Assembly (NCBI GenBank): GCA_026989655.1
Contig: JALSIX010000077.1
Span: 490-64,489 of the forward strand
Length of the DNA stretch: 64,000 nt
From: Caldilineaceae bacterium
GTDB taxonomy: Bacteria > Chloroflexota > Anaerolineae > Caldilineales > Caldilineaceae
Reading direction: 5' to 3'
The position numbers and the translations under genes were made by a program. This document shows positions 27,563 to 38,656 of this stretch, piece after piece. Numbering within the stretch: position 1 is the first letter of the stretch; the number at the start of each line of letters is the position of its first letter. Below the pieces are notes generated by a model, which worked only from the letters and a program-made list of their open reading frames with translations, searched no databases and had not been told where the DNA came from.

Positions 27563-27823
27563 GTGGGCTTCCTCCATCCCAACGTGCCCTTTGCCCTCCT
27601 CCTGGTGGCCATCTACGCCAGCCTGTTCCACCTGTGGGCCGGACGCAACCTCCGGGATCTGGGCCTCTATCTCCTGGCTGGGCTGGTGGGCTTCGGCCTG
27701 GGCCACTGGATCGGCCGCACCCTGGAGCTGGATGTGCTGCGCATCGGGACCCTCCACGTGGTGGAGGGAAGCGTGAGCGCCTTCCTGGCCCTGATCCTCG
27801 TCCGTTCCTTCCAGACGCCCTGA
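27563..27823 (+). CDS. Small hydrophobic membrane protein (about 86 aa), hypothetical
   Basis: In-frame tail of ORF 26585..27823. GTG at 27563 lies 5 nt after GGAGAGG; GTG 27557 is also possible and overlaps the mnmA stop. Sequence VGFLHPNVPFALLLVAIYASLFHLWAG...LLAGLVGFGLGHWIG, with GC3-rich codons. Confidence 0.55.
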   Translation: MGFLHPNVPFALLLVAIYASLFHLWAGRNLRDLGLYLLAGLVGFGLGHWIGRTLELDVLRIGTLHVVEGSVSAFLALILVRSFQTP

Positions 27824-27833
27824 GGAGCATCCT

Positions 27834-28235
27834 GTGAGCGCGACCATCCGGGATATCGCCATCATCGTCATCGCCCTGGAGACCGTGATCCTCAATGCCC
27901 TGCTCATCGTCCTCATCTGGCAGATCTGGCGGCTGGTGCGGATGTTGCGGGACGAGATCCGTCCCATCCTGGAGGATGCCCGAGAGACCGTGGACACGGT
28001 GAAGGGCACAGCCACCTTCGTGAGCGAGGAGGTGGTCTCCCCGGTCATCCAGGCCGGCAGCCGCCTGGCCGGCTTCCGTCGCACGGTCCAGGTCCTTCGC
28101 TCCGAGGCCCAGGCCTCCCTGGAGACCCTGGCCTGGCTCCAGTGGCTGGTCCAGGGCCCTGGAAAGGGGAAGCGGTCCTCCAACGGGTCCCATGCCCCGG
28201 GCCGCCCCCCCCACACCCTCCCGGAGGATCGGTGA
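27834..28235 (+). CDS. Membrane-anchored hypothetical protein (DUF948-like)
   Basis: ORF 27834..28235 with a GTG start. N-terminal TM segment IAIIVIALETVILNALLIVLIWQIW, followed by a helical region (RPILEDARETVDTVKGTATFVSEEV). Confidence 0.6.
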   Translation: MSATIRDIAIIVIALETVILNALLIVLIWQIWRLVRMLRDEIRPILEDARETVDTVKGTATFVSEEVVSPVIQAGSRLAGFRRTVQVLRSEAQASLETLAWLQWLVQGPGKGKRSSNGSHAPGRPPHTLPEDR

Positions 28236-28241
28236 CACGCC

Positions 28242-28835
28242 ATGATGGCCACGGTGTCGTTGGAGGAGGAGATCCGCCGCTACTTGGAGGGACAGGGGAT
28301 CGAGTTCGACGACCGCTCCCGTTCCTTCGTGCAGCTCGACTTCGGCTTCGGCGATCTGTTCCAGAACCGCTACTTCGTCTTCGACGCCAAGGAGAAACGA
28401 CAGCCCTACAACCCCCGCAACTGGCCCACGGCGATCCCGGAGCCCCATCTCTTCATCCTGGACGATCTGGCCGCGCGCAAGATCCTGCTCCACGCCCCCA
28501 ACGCAGGGCTCGTGGTCCGGGACACGCCCAACCAGCGCTACGTCTTCTTCAGCGTGGTGGACCTGTTCCTCATGCCCAAGCAACGGGTCAACCGCCCCAT
28601 CCATCGCCGGGAAGACGCCAGCAAGGGCAAGTGGCTGGTGGACCTGCGCAACGGCCAGGCCAGCCCCCACCTCCCGGGGGTCTTCGGGGCCATCCAGGCC
28701 TATCTGGACCAGCGGGAGGCCATCTTCCACCGGATCCTGGCCTGCTACGGCACCTACCAGGACGAGGCCATCGGCAGCGGCGGCACCGTGCGCCGGCCCG
28801 ACCACTGGGAACAGGACGTGGGCACCACCCGGTAA
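28242..28835 (+). CDS. Hypothetical protein with a possible PD-(D/E)xK nuclease-like motif
   Basis: ORF 28242..28835 is GC3-biased. QLDFGFGD...YFVFDAKEK resembles a D...(D/E)xK active-site arrangement. I recognise no other family. Confidence 0.6.
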   Translation: MMATVSLEEEIRRYLEGQGIEFDDRSRSFVQLDFGFGDLFQNRYFVFDAKEKRQPYNPRNWPTAIPEPHLFILDDLAARKILLHAPNAGLVVRDTPNQRYVFFSVVDLFLMPKQRVNRPIHRREDASKGKWLVDLRNGQASPHLPGVFGAIQAYLDQREAIFHRILACYGTYQDEAIGSGGTVRRPDHWEQDVGTTR

Positions 28836-28883
28836 CCGGCCCGGCCCGTTCCATCCACCGGACATGTCCCCCCGGAGATCTCC

Positions 28884-30128
28884 ATGTCGTCCCTCCACCT
28901 GACCCTGCTGGATGCCACAGCCCCGGACTGGCCCAAGGTCGTGGCCCAGATGGACCGGCTTCTCCGGCCAGACCAGGGTCCCTACCTGTTGCCTCGCCAC
29001 TTCGTCCAGGTGGTGTTGCCGGCCATCGGCGGCCACCTGGCCCGGCTGGAGCGACAGGAGCACACGGTGGGCTACGCGGTCCTCCTTCCCCGAGCTCTGG
29101 ACCGGGGTGTCCCGGTCTTCACCCTGCGCTGCCATCCCCTGGAGCCGAACCCACCCTGGAGCCCGGAGGAGCTGCAGGAGGCCGCGGGCCGAGCCCTGCC
29201 GGGGGCCCAGGTGGTCCCCTACGATCCCCGGGCCCCCCACACCTTCTCCCCCACCTCCCACCGCCAGAATGGCCTGGACCTGGGGCGTCCCTCCCCGGAG
29301 GAGGCCCAGGCCATCCCCGAGCTGCAGCAGCGGATCTGGGGCAACCCGCCGGATCAGCTCTACCCCGTGGACATCCACAGCCAGGAGTTCCGTCTGGCCA
29401 CCTCCCTGGTGGCCCGGGTGGAAGGGCGGCCCGTGGGCTTCCTCCTGGGCTTCTTCCGCTTCGACAGCCATCCCCTGCCCCCCTGCTGGGCCGCCCGGTT
29501 CCAGGCCCGCCTCCGGATCGAGTCCCAGACCCTGGGCGTCCTGCCCGCCTACCGGGGCCGGCACATTGGCTTCCACCTCAAACGCCTCCAGGCCCTCCAG
29601 GCCCAGGCGCAAGGGATCCATCTCGTCCATTGGACCGTGGACCCTCTCCTGTGGCCCAACGCGGTCCTCAACTTCGTCCGGCTCCGGGCCATCGCCACCG
29701 AGTTCCACCCGAACTACTACCCCCTGCACAACGCGCTGAACCGCGTGGCTCCCTCGCGCTTCCGTCTCACCTGGCTGGTGGCCACGGAACGGGTCCGGCG
29801 CGCGTGGGCCCAAACCGACTCCCAAGCTCCCGTGGACCTCTCCAGGGCCGCGGATGTGGTGTGGGTGAACAGGGGAGAGCGGCAGGCCCACCTGAGCGTG
29901 GACGCACCCCGGATCGCGGTGGAGATCCCCCGGGACTGGACCCGCATGCAACGGGAGGAGCCGGCCCGGGCCCGGCGGTGGCGCTCGGTGACCGACGCCC
30001 TGTTCCAACACTACCTGGGCACCGAGCCGGGACGGTACGTGGTCACCCAGGTGGGGGTGGCTGGGAAGCGTCGGGCCCTCATCGCCCGTCGGGTGGACGA
30101 AGGTCTGTTGGACGAACTGGCCCGCTGA
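28884..30128 (+). CDS. GNAT-superfamily N-acetyltransferase-like protein (COG3375-type core with about 140 aa of extra N-terminus)
   Basis: ORF 28884..30128. Acetyl-CoA motif-A-like GVLPAYRGRHIGFHLKRLQ, then HWTVDPLLWPNAVLNFVRLRAIATEFHPNYY. Confidence 0.65.
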   Translation: MSSLHLTLLDATAPDWPKVVAQMDRLLRPDQGPYLLPRHFVQVVLPAIGGHLARLERQEHTVGYAVLLPRALDRGVPVFTLRCHPLEPNPPWSPEELQEAAGRALPGAQVVPYDPRAPHTFSPTSHRQNGLDLGRPSPEEAQAIPELQQRIWGNPPDQLYPVDIHSQEFRLATSLVARVEGRPVGFLLGFFRFDSHPLPPCWAARFQARLRIESQTLGVLPAYRGRHIGFHLKRLQALQAQAQGIHLVHWTVDPLLWPNAVLNFVRLRAIATEFHPNYYPLHNALNRVAPSRFRLTWLVATERVRRAWAQTDSQAPVDLSRAADVVWVNRGERQAHLSVDAPRIAVEIPRDWTRMQREEPARARRWRSVTDALFQHYLGTEPGRYVVTQVGVAGKRRALIARRVDEGLLDELAR

Positions 30129-30164
30129 GAGAGGCCCCTCCACGCCCCCCTGGGCCCGTGGGCC

Positions 30165-30983
30165 TCAACCCGAGACGGTCTTCTCGGCCACGAAACAGCC
30201 GGCGGTCTTCTCCACCCGGATCACCCCATCTCGGGCCCACACCTCCTGGAGCACCTCGGCCATGGCGGCCAGCAGGCGCGGCCGATGGCTGCCGTCCCCA
30301 GGCGGGTCTGCGATGCGGTCCACGGCCATGCTGGCATAGTAGGCCAGGGCTGCCTCCACCGTGGGGAACCGAAAGGCATCCGGGCGGACGTGCACCCGGG
30401 CGTTGGGAAAGACCGAACGGACCAGGGCGAGATGGTCCAGGGAAAAGCGCTCGGTGACGCTCCCTTCCAGGGGCCGGTATCCCAGGGAGCGGGCCACCTG
30501 GGCATGGAGCTCGTGCAGCCGCCGGAGGTGATCCCCCGCGTTGGTGGCCAGGACCACCCGACCGCCTGGCCGCAACACCCGCCACATCTCCTGCAGCGCG
30601 GCCCTCCGATCGGGCACGTGGTAGAGCATGTGGTTGGCCATCACCCGGTGAAAGGCCTCGTGGGCCCAGGGGAGCTGCTGGGCATCCCCTTGGACCACCC
30701 AGCCTCCCTGTCGGGCAACCTCTGCCACCATCCCCCAGGAGGGATCCAGGGCCACCACCTGGGCTCCCCGCGCGGCCACCAGGGGATGGTAGATGCCCGG
30801 TCCGCAGCCCACATCCCCGATCCGCTCCCCGGGTTGGGGATCCAGATGGTCCACCACCCATTCCAGGAAATCGTCCGGGCGTTCGCTGTAGCGGCGATGG
30901 GCTTCCTGGCGGATCCGCAGCCGGGCCGCGTCCCCGTACTGGTAGGCCAGGTAGCCCGGATCGGTGGAAAGGTCGTGTCCCAT
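30165..30983 (-). CDS. Class I SAM-dependent methyltransferase
   Basis: ORF 30165..30983. Motif I IGDVGCGPGIY, then LDPSWGM, and post-I LRPGGRVVLATN. The ATG shares one nt with the hisC stop (TGATG). Confidence 0.85.
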   Translation of the reverse strand: MGHDLSTDPGYLAYQYGDAARLRIRQEAHRRYSERPDDFLEWVVDHLDPQPGERIGDVGCGPGIYHPLVAARGAQVVALDPSWGMVAEVARQGGWVVQGDAQQLPWAHEAFHRVMANHMLYHVPDRRAALQEMWRVLRPGGRVVLATNAGDHLRRLHELHAQVARSLGYRPLEGSVTERFSLDHLALVRSVFPNARVHVRPDAFRFPTVEAALAYYASMAVDRIADPPGDGSHRPRLLAAMAEVLQEVWARDGVIRVEKTAGCFVAEKTVSG

Positions 30984-32094
30984 CAGGCCGTTCCGACCAG
31001 GCTGTGCAACGCCTCCAGCAGTCGGTCCGTGTGTTCCGGCCGCCCCACCGAGATGCGGATGCAGTTGTCCAGCCCGGGTTTATCGTAGTGGCGGACCAGG
31101 ATCCCCATCTGCTCCAGGGCCTCCTTCAGGGCCCGGGCATCCCGGCCCACCACCCGACAGAGGATGAAGTTGGCCTGGGAGGGGACGGGCTTCAGGTAGG
31201 GGACGGAGAGCAGGTGGGTGAAGAGGCGTTGGCGCTCCCGGGTGATCCACCGGACCCGTTCCCGGAGACGCTCCGGGTGCTGGAGGCTGACCAGGCCGGC
31301 CACCATGGCGGCCACGTTCACGTTGTAGGGCTGTTTGAACTTCCAGAGATGGGGCATGAGCCAGGCCGGGAACACCCCGTATCCCAGACGCAGACCGGCC
31401 AGCCCCGCGGCCTTGCTGAAAGTGCGCAGCACACAGAGGTTCTCGTGTTCCGCCACCCAGGAGGCCCGGCTGGGATAGTCCGCGAACTCCACGTAGGCCT
31501 CGTCCAGGACCACCATCACCGGCAAGGCCAGTAGCCGTCGCAGATGGGTGTCCGGCAGCCAGGTGCCCGTGGGGTTGTTGGGCGAGGTGAGGAACAGGAG
31601 CTTGGGCCGCTGCCGGGCTCGGGCCCGGGCAAAGAGCTCCTCCACCCCGGCCACGTCCACGTGATAGTCCGGCAGCCGCCACACCTCCACGGCCTGGGCG
31701 CCCTGGAGCCGGGCGTCGAAGCGGTACATGCCAAAGGTGGGCGGACAGGTCACCACCCGGTCCTTGGGGCGCAGGAAGAGCCGGCACAGGAGGTCCAGCA
31801 GCTCGTCCGCGCCGTGGCCAGCCAGCACCTGCTCCGGGGCGACCCCCAGATCTTCCGCCAGGCTCTCCCGCAGCGCGGTCTGCTGGGGATCCGGGTAGAT
31901 GTGGTAGTGGGGATAGTCGGCCAGGGCCTCCACCACCTGGGGAAGTGGCCCGTAGGGGTTCTCGTTCGCGTCCAACTTCACGATCTGCTGGGGGGGGATC
32001 CCCAGCCGCTGGCTCAGGACCTCGAAGGGCTGGATGGGCGTGTACTCCTCCAGGCCGGCCAGGTGGGGGTTCAGGAGATCGGCGGGGTGGAACA

Positions 32095-32095
<1 letters not shown>
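30983..32095 (-). CDS. hisC: Histidinol-phosphate aminotransferase
   Basis: In-frame tail of ORF 30983..33244 from ATG 32095. Contains [48 protein letters not shown] and NFILCRV. Confidence 0.92.
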
Positions 32096-33450
<1,355 letters not shown>

Positions 33451-33458
33451 GGTGTCCC

Positions 33459-34247
33459 TCACTGGCGCAGCCGTTCGGCGTCGTCGATACGACCCAACAC
33501 CACCAGGATGTCGTTCTCCTGGATACGGAAGTTCGCGCTGGGGCTGACCAACAGCTCGTCCCCCCGGCGGATGGCCACCACGGTGAGGCCGTACCGTTGG
33601 CGCAGGTTGGACTCGGCCAGGGTTCGACCCCACAGGCTGGGGGGTGCCAACAGCTCCACCACCCCCACCTCGCCGCTCACCTCCAGGTAGTCGATCAGGT
33701 GGCCTGCGGCCAGCCGACGTCCCAGCCGAATGCCGGCCTCGTGCTCCGGCAGGATGACCTCGTCCGCCCCCACCTTGAGCAGGATCTCCCGTTGGGTACG
33801 GGTGCGGGCCTTGGCGATCACCCGGTTCACGCCCAACTGGCGGAGCAGCACCGTGGCCAGGAGGTTGCTCTCGAAGTCCGTGCCGATACAGACCAGACCC
33901 GTGTCGAAGTTGTCCACCCCGGCCTGGCGCAGGGCCTCCAGGTTGGTGGCGTCCATCTGGACCACATGGGGGAGGATGGTGCTCAGGTACTGGACCCGCT
34001 CCTTGTCCGAATCGATGGCCAGCACGTTCCGCCCGTGTTCCACCAAGGTGGTGGCCACCGAGGTGCCGAAACGCCCCAGGCCGATGACCACGAACTCGTG
34101 TTCCTCCTGGCGAAAGGGGTCGAAACCGCTCTGGGGGCGGCCCCCGAGCCTCGGGGCCGCCTCCCCTGCCGAGGCGGTGGCCTGGGAGAGCTCCCGGGAG
34201 CCACGGGAGACCATGCCCCGGAACACAGACGAGAGGATGGAGATCAT
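33459..34247 (-). CDS. trkA: TrkA/KtrA-type potassium transport regulatory protein (RCK N and C domains)
   Basis: ORF 33459..34454 trimmed to ATG 34247; the start is uncertain. Rossmann segment [17 protein letters not shown], then [13 protein letters not shown]. TrkA-C-like segment [38 protein letters not shown]. Confidence 0.85.
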   Translation of the reverse strand: MISILSSVFRGMVSRGSRELSQATASAGEAAPRLGGRPQSGFDPFRQEEHEFVVIGLGRFGTSVATTLVEHGRNVLAIDSDKERVQYLSTILPHVVQMDATNLEALRQAGVDNFDTGLVCIGTDFESNLLATVLLRQLGVNRVIAKARTRTQREILLKVGADEVILPEHEAGIRLGRRLAAGHLIDYLEVSGEVGVVELLAPPSLWGRTLAESNLRQRYGLTVVAIRRGDELLVSPSANFRIQENDILVVLGRIDDAERLRQ

Positions 34248-34396
34248 GGAGGTTCCTGACACGGGATCGGGACGGACGGCGCTCCGCCAGGGCCTGAACG
34301 GTACACGGTGCCCCCCATGATAGCCAATCCCCCAGGAAGGGGCAAGCCGTCGATCCTCCGGAGAGATCCGTTTTTCCCGATCCAGGGAACCCATAC

Positions 34397-34402
34397 TATA
34401 AT
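34397..34402 (+). promoter_or_regulatory. Candidate -10 box TATAAT immediately upstream of the NUDIX gene (near-leaderless)
   Basis: TATAAT at 34397-34402, with ATG 34412 nine nt downstream. No convincing -35. Confidence 0.3.
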
Positions 34403-34411
34403 GGCCGGTTG

Positions 34412-34939
34412 ATGGCCACCGAATACCGTTACTGTCCCCAGTGTGCCACCCCACTGGTCCACGAGATGCGCTTCGACCGGGTGCGTCCCGTGTGCCCCCG
34501 GTGTGGTTTCGTCCATTTCCAGGATCCCAAGGTCGCGGTCATCGGACTGGTGACCCACCGGGGCCGGGTCCTGCTGGTACGTCGAGCCGTGGACCCGGGG
34601 AGAGGCCAGTGGTCCCTGCCCGGGGGATACATGGACGCAGGGGAGATGCCCCACCAGGCCCTCCAGCGGGAGCTCCAGGAGGAGGTGAACCTGGAGGTCC
34701 AGGTCCAGGAGCTGTTGGGCATCTACCCCCTGATCGACTACACAGGAGAACGGGTGGGCATCGTGCTGGCCTTCCGTGCCCACCCCCAGGGCTCCACCCA
34801 ACTCCTCCAGGGCACGGACGACGTGGATGCCGCGGGCTGGTTCGGCCCCCAGGAGCTGCCGGAGGCGCTGGCCTTCCAGTCCACCCGGGAGCTCCTGCGG
34901 AAGTGGGCACAGGGGGAACCCATGAGCCACAAGGAGTGA
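34412..34939 (+). CDS. NUDIX hydrolase with N-terminal zinc-ribbon
   Basis: ORF 34409..34939 (TTG then ATG at 34412). Zinc ribbon CPQCATPL...CPRCGF. Nudix box GGYMDAGEMPHQALQRELQEEVNL. Confidence 0.88.
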   Translation: MATEYRYCPQCATPLVHEMRFDRVRPVCPRCGFVHFQDPKVAVIGLVTHRGRVLLVRRAVDPGRGQWSLPGGYMDAGEMPHQALQRELQEEVNLEVQVQELLGIYPLIDYTGERVGIVLAFRAHPQGSTQLLQGTDDVDAAGWFGPQELPEALAFQSTRELLRKWAQGEPMSHKE

Positions 34940-34945
34940 ATCGGC

Positions 34946-36064
34946 ATGTCCAGATCCCTGGCCGTTGTGGGCCCCCATGGGGCTCCGGAGAGTCCCTCCC
35001 AGGAGGGGGACGACCGGGACATCCAGACCCAGACGTTTCTCATCACCGGTGGCGCGGGCTTTCTGGGCATCAACCTGGCCCGCTATCTGTTGGCCCGGGG
35101 CCATCGGGTGGTGTCCCTGGACATCGCGCCCTTCGACTACCCGGAGAAGGACCGGGTGACGGTCCTCACCGGGGACATCCGGGACCGGACCGCGGTGGAT
35201 CGGGCCATGGAGGGCGTCGATCAGGTGGTCCACACCGCGGCCGCGCTTCCCCTCTACCGGCCGGAGGACATCTACAGCACCGACATCGATGGCCTGCGGA
35301 ACGTGCTGGAGGCCGCCTACCAACACGGCGTGGGACGCTTCATCCACATCTCCTCCACCGCGGTGTACGGCATCCCCGACCACCATCCTCTGAAGGAGGA
35401 CGATCCCCTGGACGGGGTCGGCCCCTACGGCGAGGCCAAGGTGGCCGCGGAGCGCATCTGTGAGGAGTACCGGGCCAAGGGGATGATCGTGCCCATCATC
35501 CGCCCCAAGTCCTTTGTGGGGCCGGAGCGCCTGGGGGTCTTCGCCCTGCTCTACGACTGGGCCAAGGACGGCAAGCACTTCCCGGTGCTGGGCAGCGGCA
35601 ACAACCGCTACCAGCTCCTGGATGTGGAGGACCTGTGCGAGGCCATCTACCTGACCGCGACCCTGGAGCCCGAACGGGTGAACGACACCTTCAACATCGG
35701 TGCCGCGGAGTTCGCCACCATGAAGGAGGACTACCAGGCCGTCCTGGACTACGCAGGCCATGGCCGGCGCATCATTCCCCTGCCCGCGGGGCCGGCCATC
35801 TGGCTCCTCCGCATCCTGGAGCGGATGGGTGTCTCGCCCCTGTACAAGTGGGTCTACGAGACCGCGGCCAAGGACTCCTTTGTCTCCATCGAGAAGGCCC
35901 AGCAGAAGCTGGGCTGGCAGCCCAGATACTCGAACCAGGAGGCCCTGATCCGGAATTTCCAGTGGTACCTGGACCACCTGGACCAGTTCCAGGGCAGGAG
36001 CGGGGTCTCCCATCGGGTGCCCTGGAAGCAGGGGATCCTGGCCGTGGCCAAGTGGTTCTTCTGA
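34946..36064 (+). CDS. NAD-dependent epimerase/dehydratase (extended SDR)
   Basis: ORF 34946..36064 contains [23 protein letters not shown] and YGEAKVAAE (the YxxxK catalytic motif). AAGGAG lies 8 nt upstream. Confidence 0.88.
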   Translation: MSRSLAVVGPHGAPESPSQEGDDRDIQTQTFLITGGAGFLGINLARYLLARGHRVVSLDIAPFDYPEKDRVTVLTGDIRDRTAVDRAMEGVDQVVHTAAALPLYRPEDIYSTDIDGLRNVLEAAYQHGVGRFIHISSTAVYGIPDHHPLKEDDPLDGVGPYGEAKVAAERICEEYRAKGMIVPIIRPKSFVGPERLGVFALLYDWAKDGKHFPVLGSGNNRYQLLDVEDLCEAIYLTATLEPERVNDTFNIGAAEFATMKEDYQAVLDYAGHGRRIIPLPAGPAIWLLRILERMGVSPLYKWVYETAAKDSFVSIEKAQQKLGWQPRYSNQEALIRNFQWYLDHLDQFQGRSGVSHRVPWKQGILAVAKWFF

Positions 36065-36075
36065 GAGGTACGAGG

Positions 36076-36390
36076 TCAGCCCTTCGGCCGGAACCGGTCC
36101 GGTTCCTGGAAGAACTCCAGGAGCTTGGCTCCCTTGGGCACTCGGGCGCTGTGGACCACGCCGCCCGGAATGTAGTAGGACTCCCCAGGCCGCTTCACGC
36201 TCACCTGGCCGGCCACGGTGAACTCCACCTGGCCCTCCAACACGGTGCCCCACTGGTCCTGGTGGCTGTGGGGTGGGATCTCCACGTCCTCCTCGGCCTG
36301 GAAGAAGACCACGAGACCATGGTCGGAGCGGAGCATCCAGCCCCGCAGGCCGGCCACGGGCAGCTCTGCCTCGGGCAGTTGGGTGATCAT
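36076..36390 (-). CDS. Cupin-domain protein
   Basis: ORF 36076..36453 trimmed to ATG 36390. Cupin motifs: IPPHSHQDQWGTVLEG and YYIPGGVVHSA. Confidence 0.75.
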   Translation of the reverse strand: MITQLPEAELPVAGLRGWMLRSDHGLVVFFQAEEDVEIPPHSHQDQWGTVLEGQVEFTVAGQVSVKRPGESYYIPGGVVHSARVPKGAKLLEFFQEPDRFRPKG

Positions 36391-36449
36391 CGACGGGTAC
36401 TCCACGGTCCACCTCCTCCTTGTCCGGGTCCTACTGGGCTTGGGGATCC

Positions 36450-37337
36450 TCACAGCTCCTTCACCAGCTCGTGCTGGCGATCGGTCACCAGGAAGTTCAG
36501 GGCCACCAGGATCCGGTTGAGCCGGCTGTCCGCGGGCTCGTTGACCAGCAACAGGTCCGCGTCCCGGTGGGTGAGCTGCAGCGCCTGGAGGATGGGCCGG
36601 CCCGCATCCAGGAGAGAGGCCGCCGGATCCACCGCGAGGTCCAGGATGTTCACCACCGTGCGCCGCTCCTCGGCCACCGGGTATCGACGGTACAGCGCGT
36701 AGGCCACGGGCAGCCCATCCCGAGCCAGAATCACCCGGGCCTCCATCAAGGGGGCATTGCGCAGCAGGTAGGCGGCCCGCCGCTGCCAGACCGGCGGCAG
36801 ATCGTGCCAGCCGTGGTAGCGCCGGATGACCTCGGCCGGATCCGCGGGCTGGAGCTTCTCATAGGGAGCCGGCAACGCGCCCTGGCGGGCCGGCCGTTCC
36901 CAGATGAGCAGCTCCCGCCACTCCGTGTACCCCAGACGGCGATACATCCGTCGGGCCGCTTCGTTCCAGACCAACACCTCCAGCCGCAGACGGCTGGCTC
37001 CTCGGGCCGCGGCCCGCCCCTCGATGGCCGCCATGAGCCGGGAGCCCCACCCCTGCCCTCGATGAGGCGGCGCGACGGCCAGCCCTCCACACCAGGCCTC
37101 CTCGCCGTCCACGGCCAGCAGGGCCACGCCCACACCTCGCCACGTGCCCTGCTCTCGGGCCATCAGCACGGCGCAGTCGTCCAGAGCCATGCCGGAGCGC
37201 TCCAGGAAGCGGGCCATCTCCCCATCCGTGGCGAATCGGGCGCCATAGGGGTAGTCGGTGAACCCCCGGTTGAAACCCTCCCGAAGACGGGTCAGCCCCA
37301 CCGCGGAGGCCAAGGCGATCTGCGGAGTGGTGGACAT
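36450..37337 (-). CDS. GNAT-family N-acetyltransferase
   Basis: ORF 36450..37385 trimmed to ATG 37337. Contains LAVAPPHRGQGWGSRLMAAIEGRAAARG and NEAARRMYRRLGY. Confidence 0.8.
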   Translation of the reverse strand: MSTTPQIALASAVGLTRLREGFNRGFTDYPYGARFATDGEMARFLERSGMALDDCAVLMAREQGTWRGVGVALLAVDGEEAWCGGLAVAPPHRGQGWGSRLMAAIEGRAAARGASRLRLEVLVWNEAARRMYRRLGYTEWRELLIWERPARQGALPAPYEKLQPADPAEVIRRYHGWHDLPPVWQRRAAYLLRNAPLMEARVILARDGLPVAYALYRRYPVAEERRTVVNILDLAVDPAASLLDAGRPILQALQLTHRDADLLLVNEPADSRLNRILVALNFLVTDRQHELVKEL

Positions 37338-37403
37338 GGCGACGCTTCCATCCCCGAGGAACGAAGGGCCCACACAGGGGGCCATCCCGCTCCAGGAGAT
37401 CGC

Positions 37404-38528
37404 TCAGGGATCCGGAACGTGCCGGGAGCCGAGCTGCTCGTCCACGGCCTGGGCCGGCTCTCCCCATATGTCCGGCGACACCTGGGCCTCGAACGCGGCC
37501 AGCTCGGCCAACAGCCGCTCCTTCACCGTCTCCTCCGCGCCACTGGCCCGGATCCCGTTGCGCGCGATCCGGACCAGGTCCTTCGGGCCATAGCCGAAGA
37601 CATCGACCAACACCCGGTACTCCTGCTCCAGGCTCGTGTTGAACAGGGGTGGGTCGTCGCTGTTCACAGTGACCCAGAGCCCCATGCGGTCCAGGTGGGG
37701 AAAGGGGTGATGGGCCAGGCTGGGGTAGACGCCCAGGCGCACATTGCTGGTAGGACACAGCTCCAACGGGATCCGATGCTCCCGCAGATAGACCAGCAGG
37801 GTGGGATCTTCCATGGCCCGAACTCCGTGGCCGATCCGATCCGCGCCCAGGCCGTGGAGCGCGCCCCAGATGCTCTCAGGGCCCACGGTCTCGCCGGCGT
37901 GGGGCACGGAGAGGAGCCCGGCCTCCCGGGCCTCCCAGAAGGCATGGGCGAAGGGCTCTGGCGGCGCGCCCACCTCCGCGCCGCCCAGTCCCAACCCCAC
38001 CACGCCGATCTCGCGTCCCAGGAGCGCGTGTTCCAGGGTCACGGTGGCCGCCTCTGGGTGGTAACGGCCTTCCTGGAAGGGGCTGTTGCGGATCACGTCG
38101 AAGACCCAGCGCATCTCCACGCCGAAGTCCCGCCGGGCCCATGCCTGCCCCTGTCGAAGCCCCTCCAGGATCTGGTCGATGGACAGTCCCTTGTCCCTCT
38201 GGAGGTGGGTATGGGTGTAGGTGGTGACCGTGAGCTCCCGGTAGCGGATGTTCTGCCGGGCCATCTCCTCGCCACAGCGGTAGACCACGGTGGCGAAGTC
38301 GTCCGGGGTGCGGAGGAAGGCCTGGAGGGTGAGATAGATGCGGACGAAATGGTCGAAATCCCGGTAGACAAACCAGCGGCGGAGGCTGGCCACGTCCTCC
38401 CCGGGCAGCCGGTGGAGCATCCGATGGCGGCGGGCCAGCTCCAGCACCGTCTCCGGGCCGATGGTCCCCTCCAGGTGGACGTGGATCTCGGCCTTGGGCA
38501 GCCGGTGGATGAAATCGTGGATCTCCAT
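37404..38528 (-). CDS. add: Adenosine deaminase
   Basis: ORF 37404..38528 contains PKAEIHVHLEGT, SVPHAGE, RIGHGVR, ELCPTSN and VNSDDPPLF. Confidence 0.92.
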   Translation of the reverse strand: MEIHDFIHRLPKAEIHVHLEGTIGPETVLELARRHRMLHRLPGEDVASLRRWFVYRDFDHFVRIYLTLQAFLRTPDDFATVVYRCGEEMARQNIRYRELTVTTYTHTHLQRDKGLSIDQILEGLRQGQAWARRDFGVEMRWVFDVIRNSPFQEGRYHPEAATVTLEHALLGREIGVVGLGLGGAEVGAPPEPFAHAFWEAREAGLLSVPHAGETVGPESIWGALHGLGADRIGHGVRAMEDPTLLVYLREHRIPLELCPTSNVRLGVYPSLAHHPFPHLDRMGLWVTVNSDDPPLFNTSLEQEYRVLVDVFGYGPKDLVRIARNGIRASGAEETVKERLLAELAAFEAQVSPDIWGEPAQAVDEQLGSRHVPDP

Positions 38529-38641
38529 GGCCGATGGCAGATCTCGTCAGGTGCCGATGTCTCCCCCGGGCCGCGGGGCTTCCAGCCCCGAGAGAGGAGG
38601 AGGTCGCGAGAGGGCCCAACCCCCAGGTGTGGGCTGGCCTG

Positions 38642-38650
38642 TGGTAAGAT
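38642..38650 (+). promoter_or_regulatory. Candidate extended -10 (TGgTAAGAT) giving a leaderless mRNA for the HExxH membrane protein
   Basis: TG at 38642-38643 and TAAGAT at 38645-38650, with ATG 38657 six nt downstream. Confidence 0.35.
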
Positions 38651-38656
38651 ACAGCC

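Noticed and set aside
26385-30143. 1252-aa minus-strand ORF opposite mnmA and the downstream cassette
   Set aside because: It is antisense to mnmA, which has a clear PP-loop, and to four GC3-biased plus-strand ORFs. It has no motifs and a shadow-type composition.
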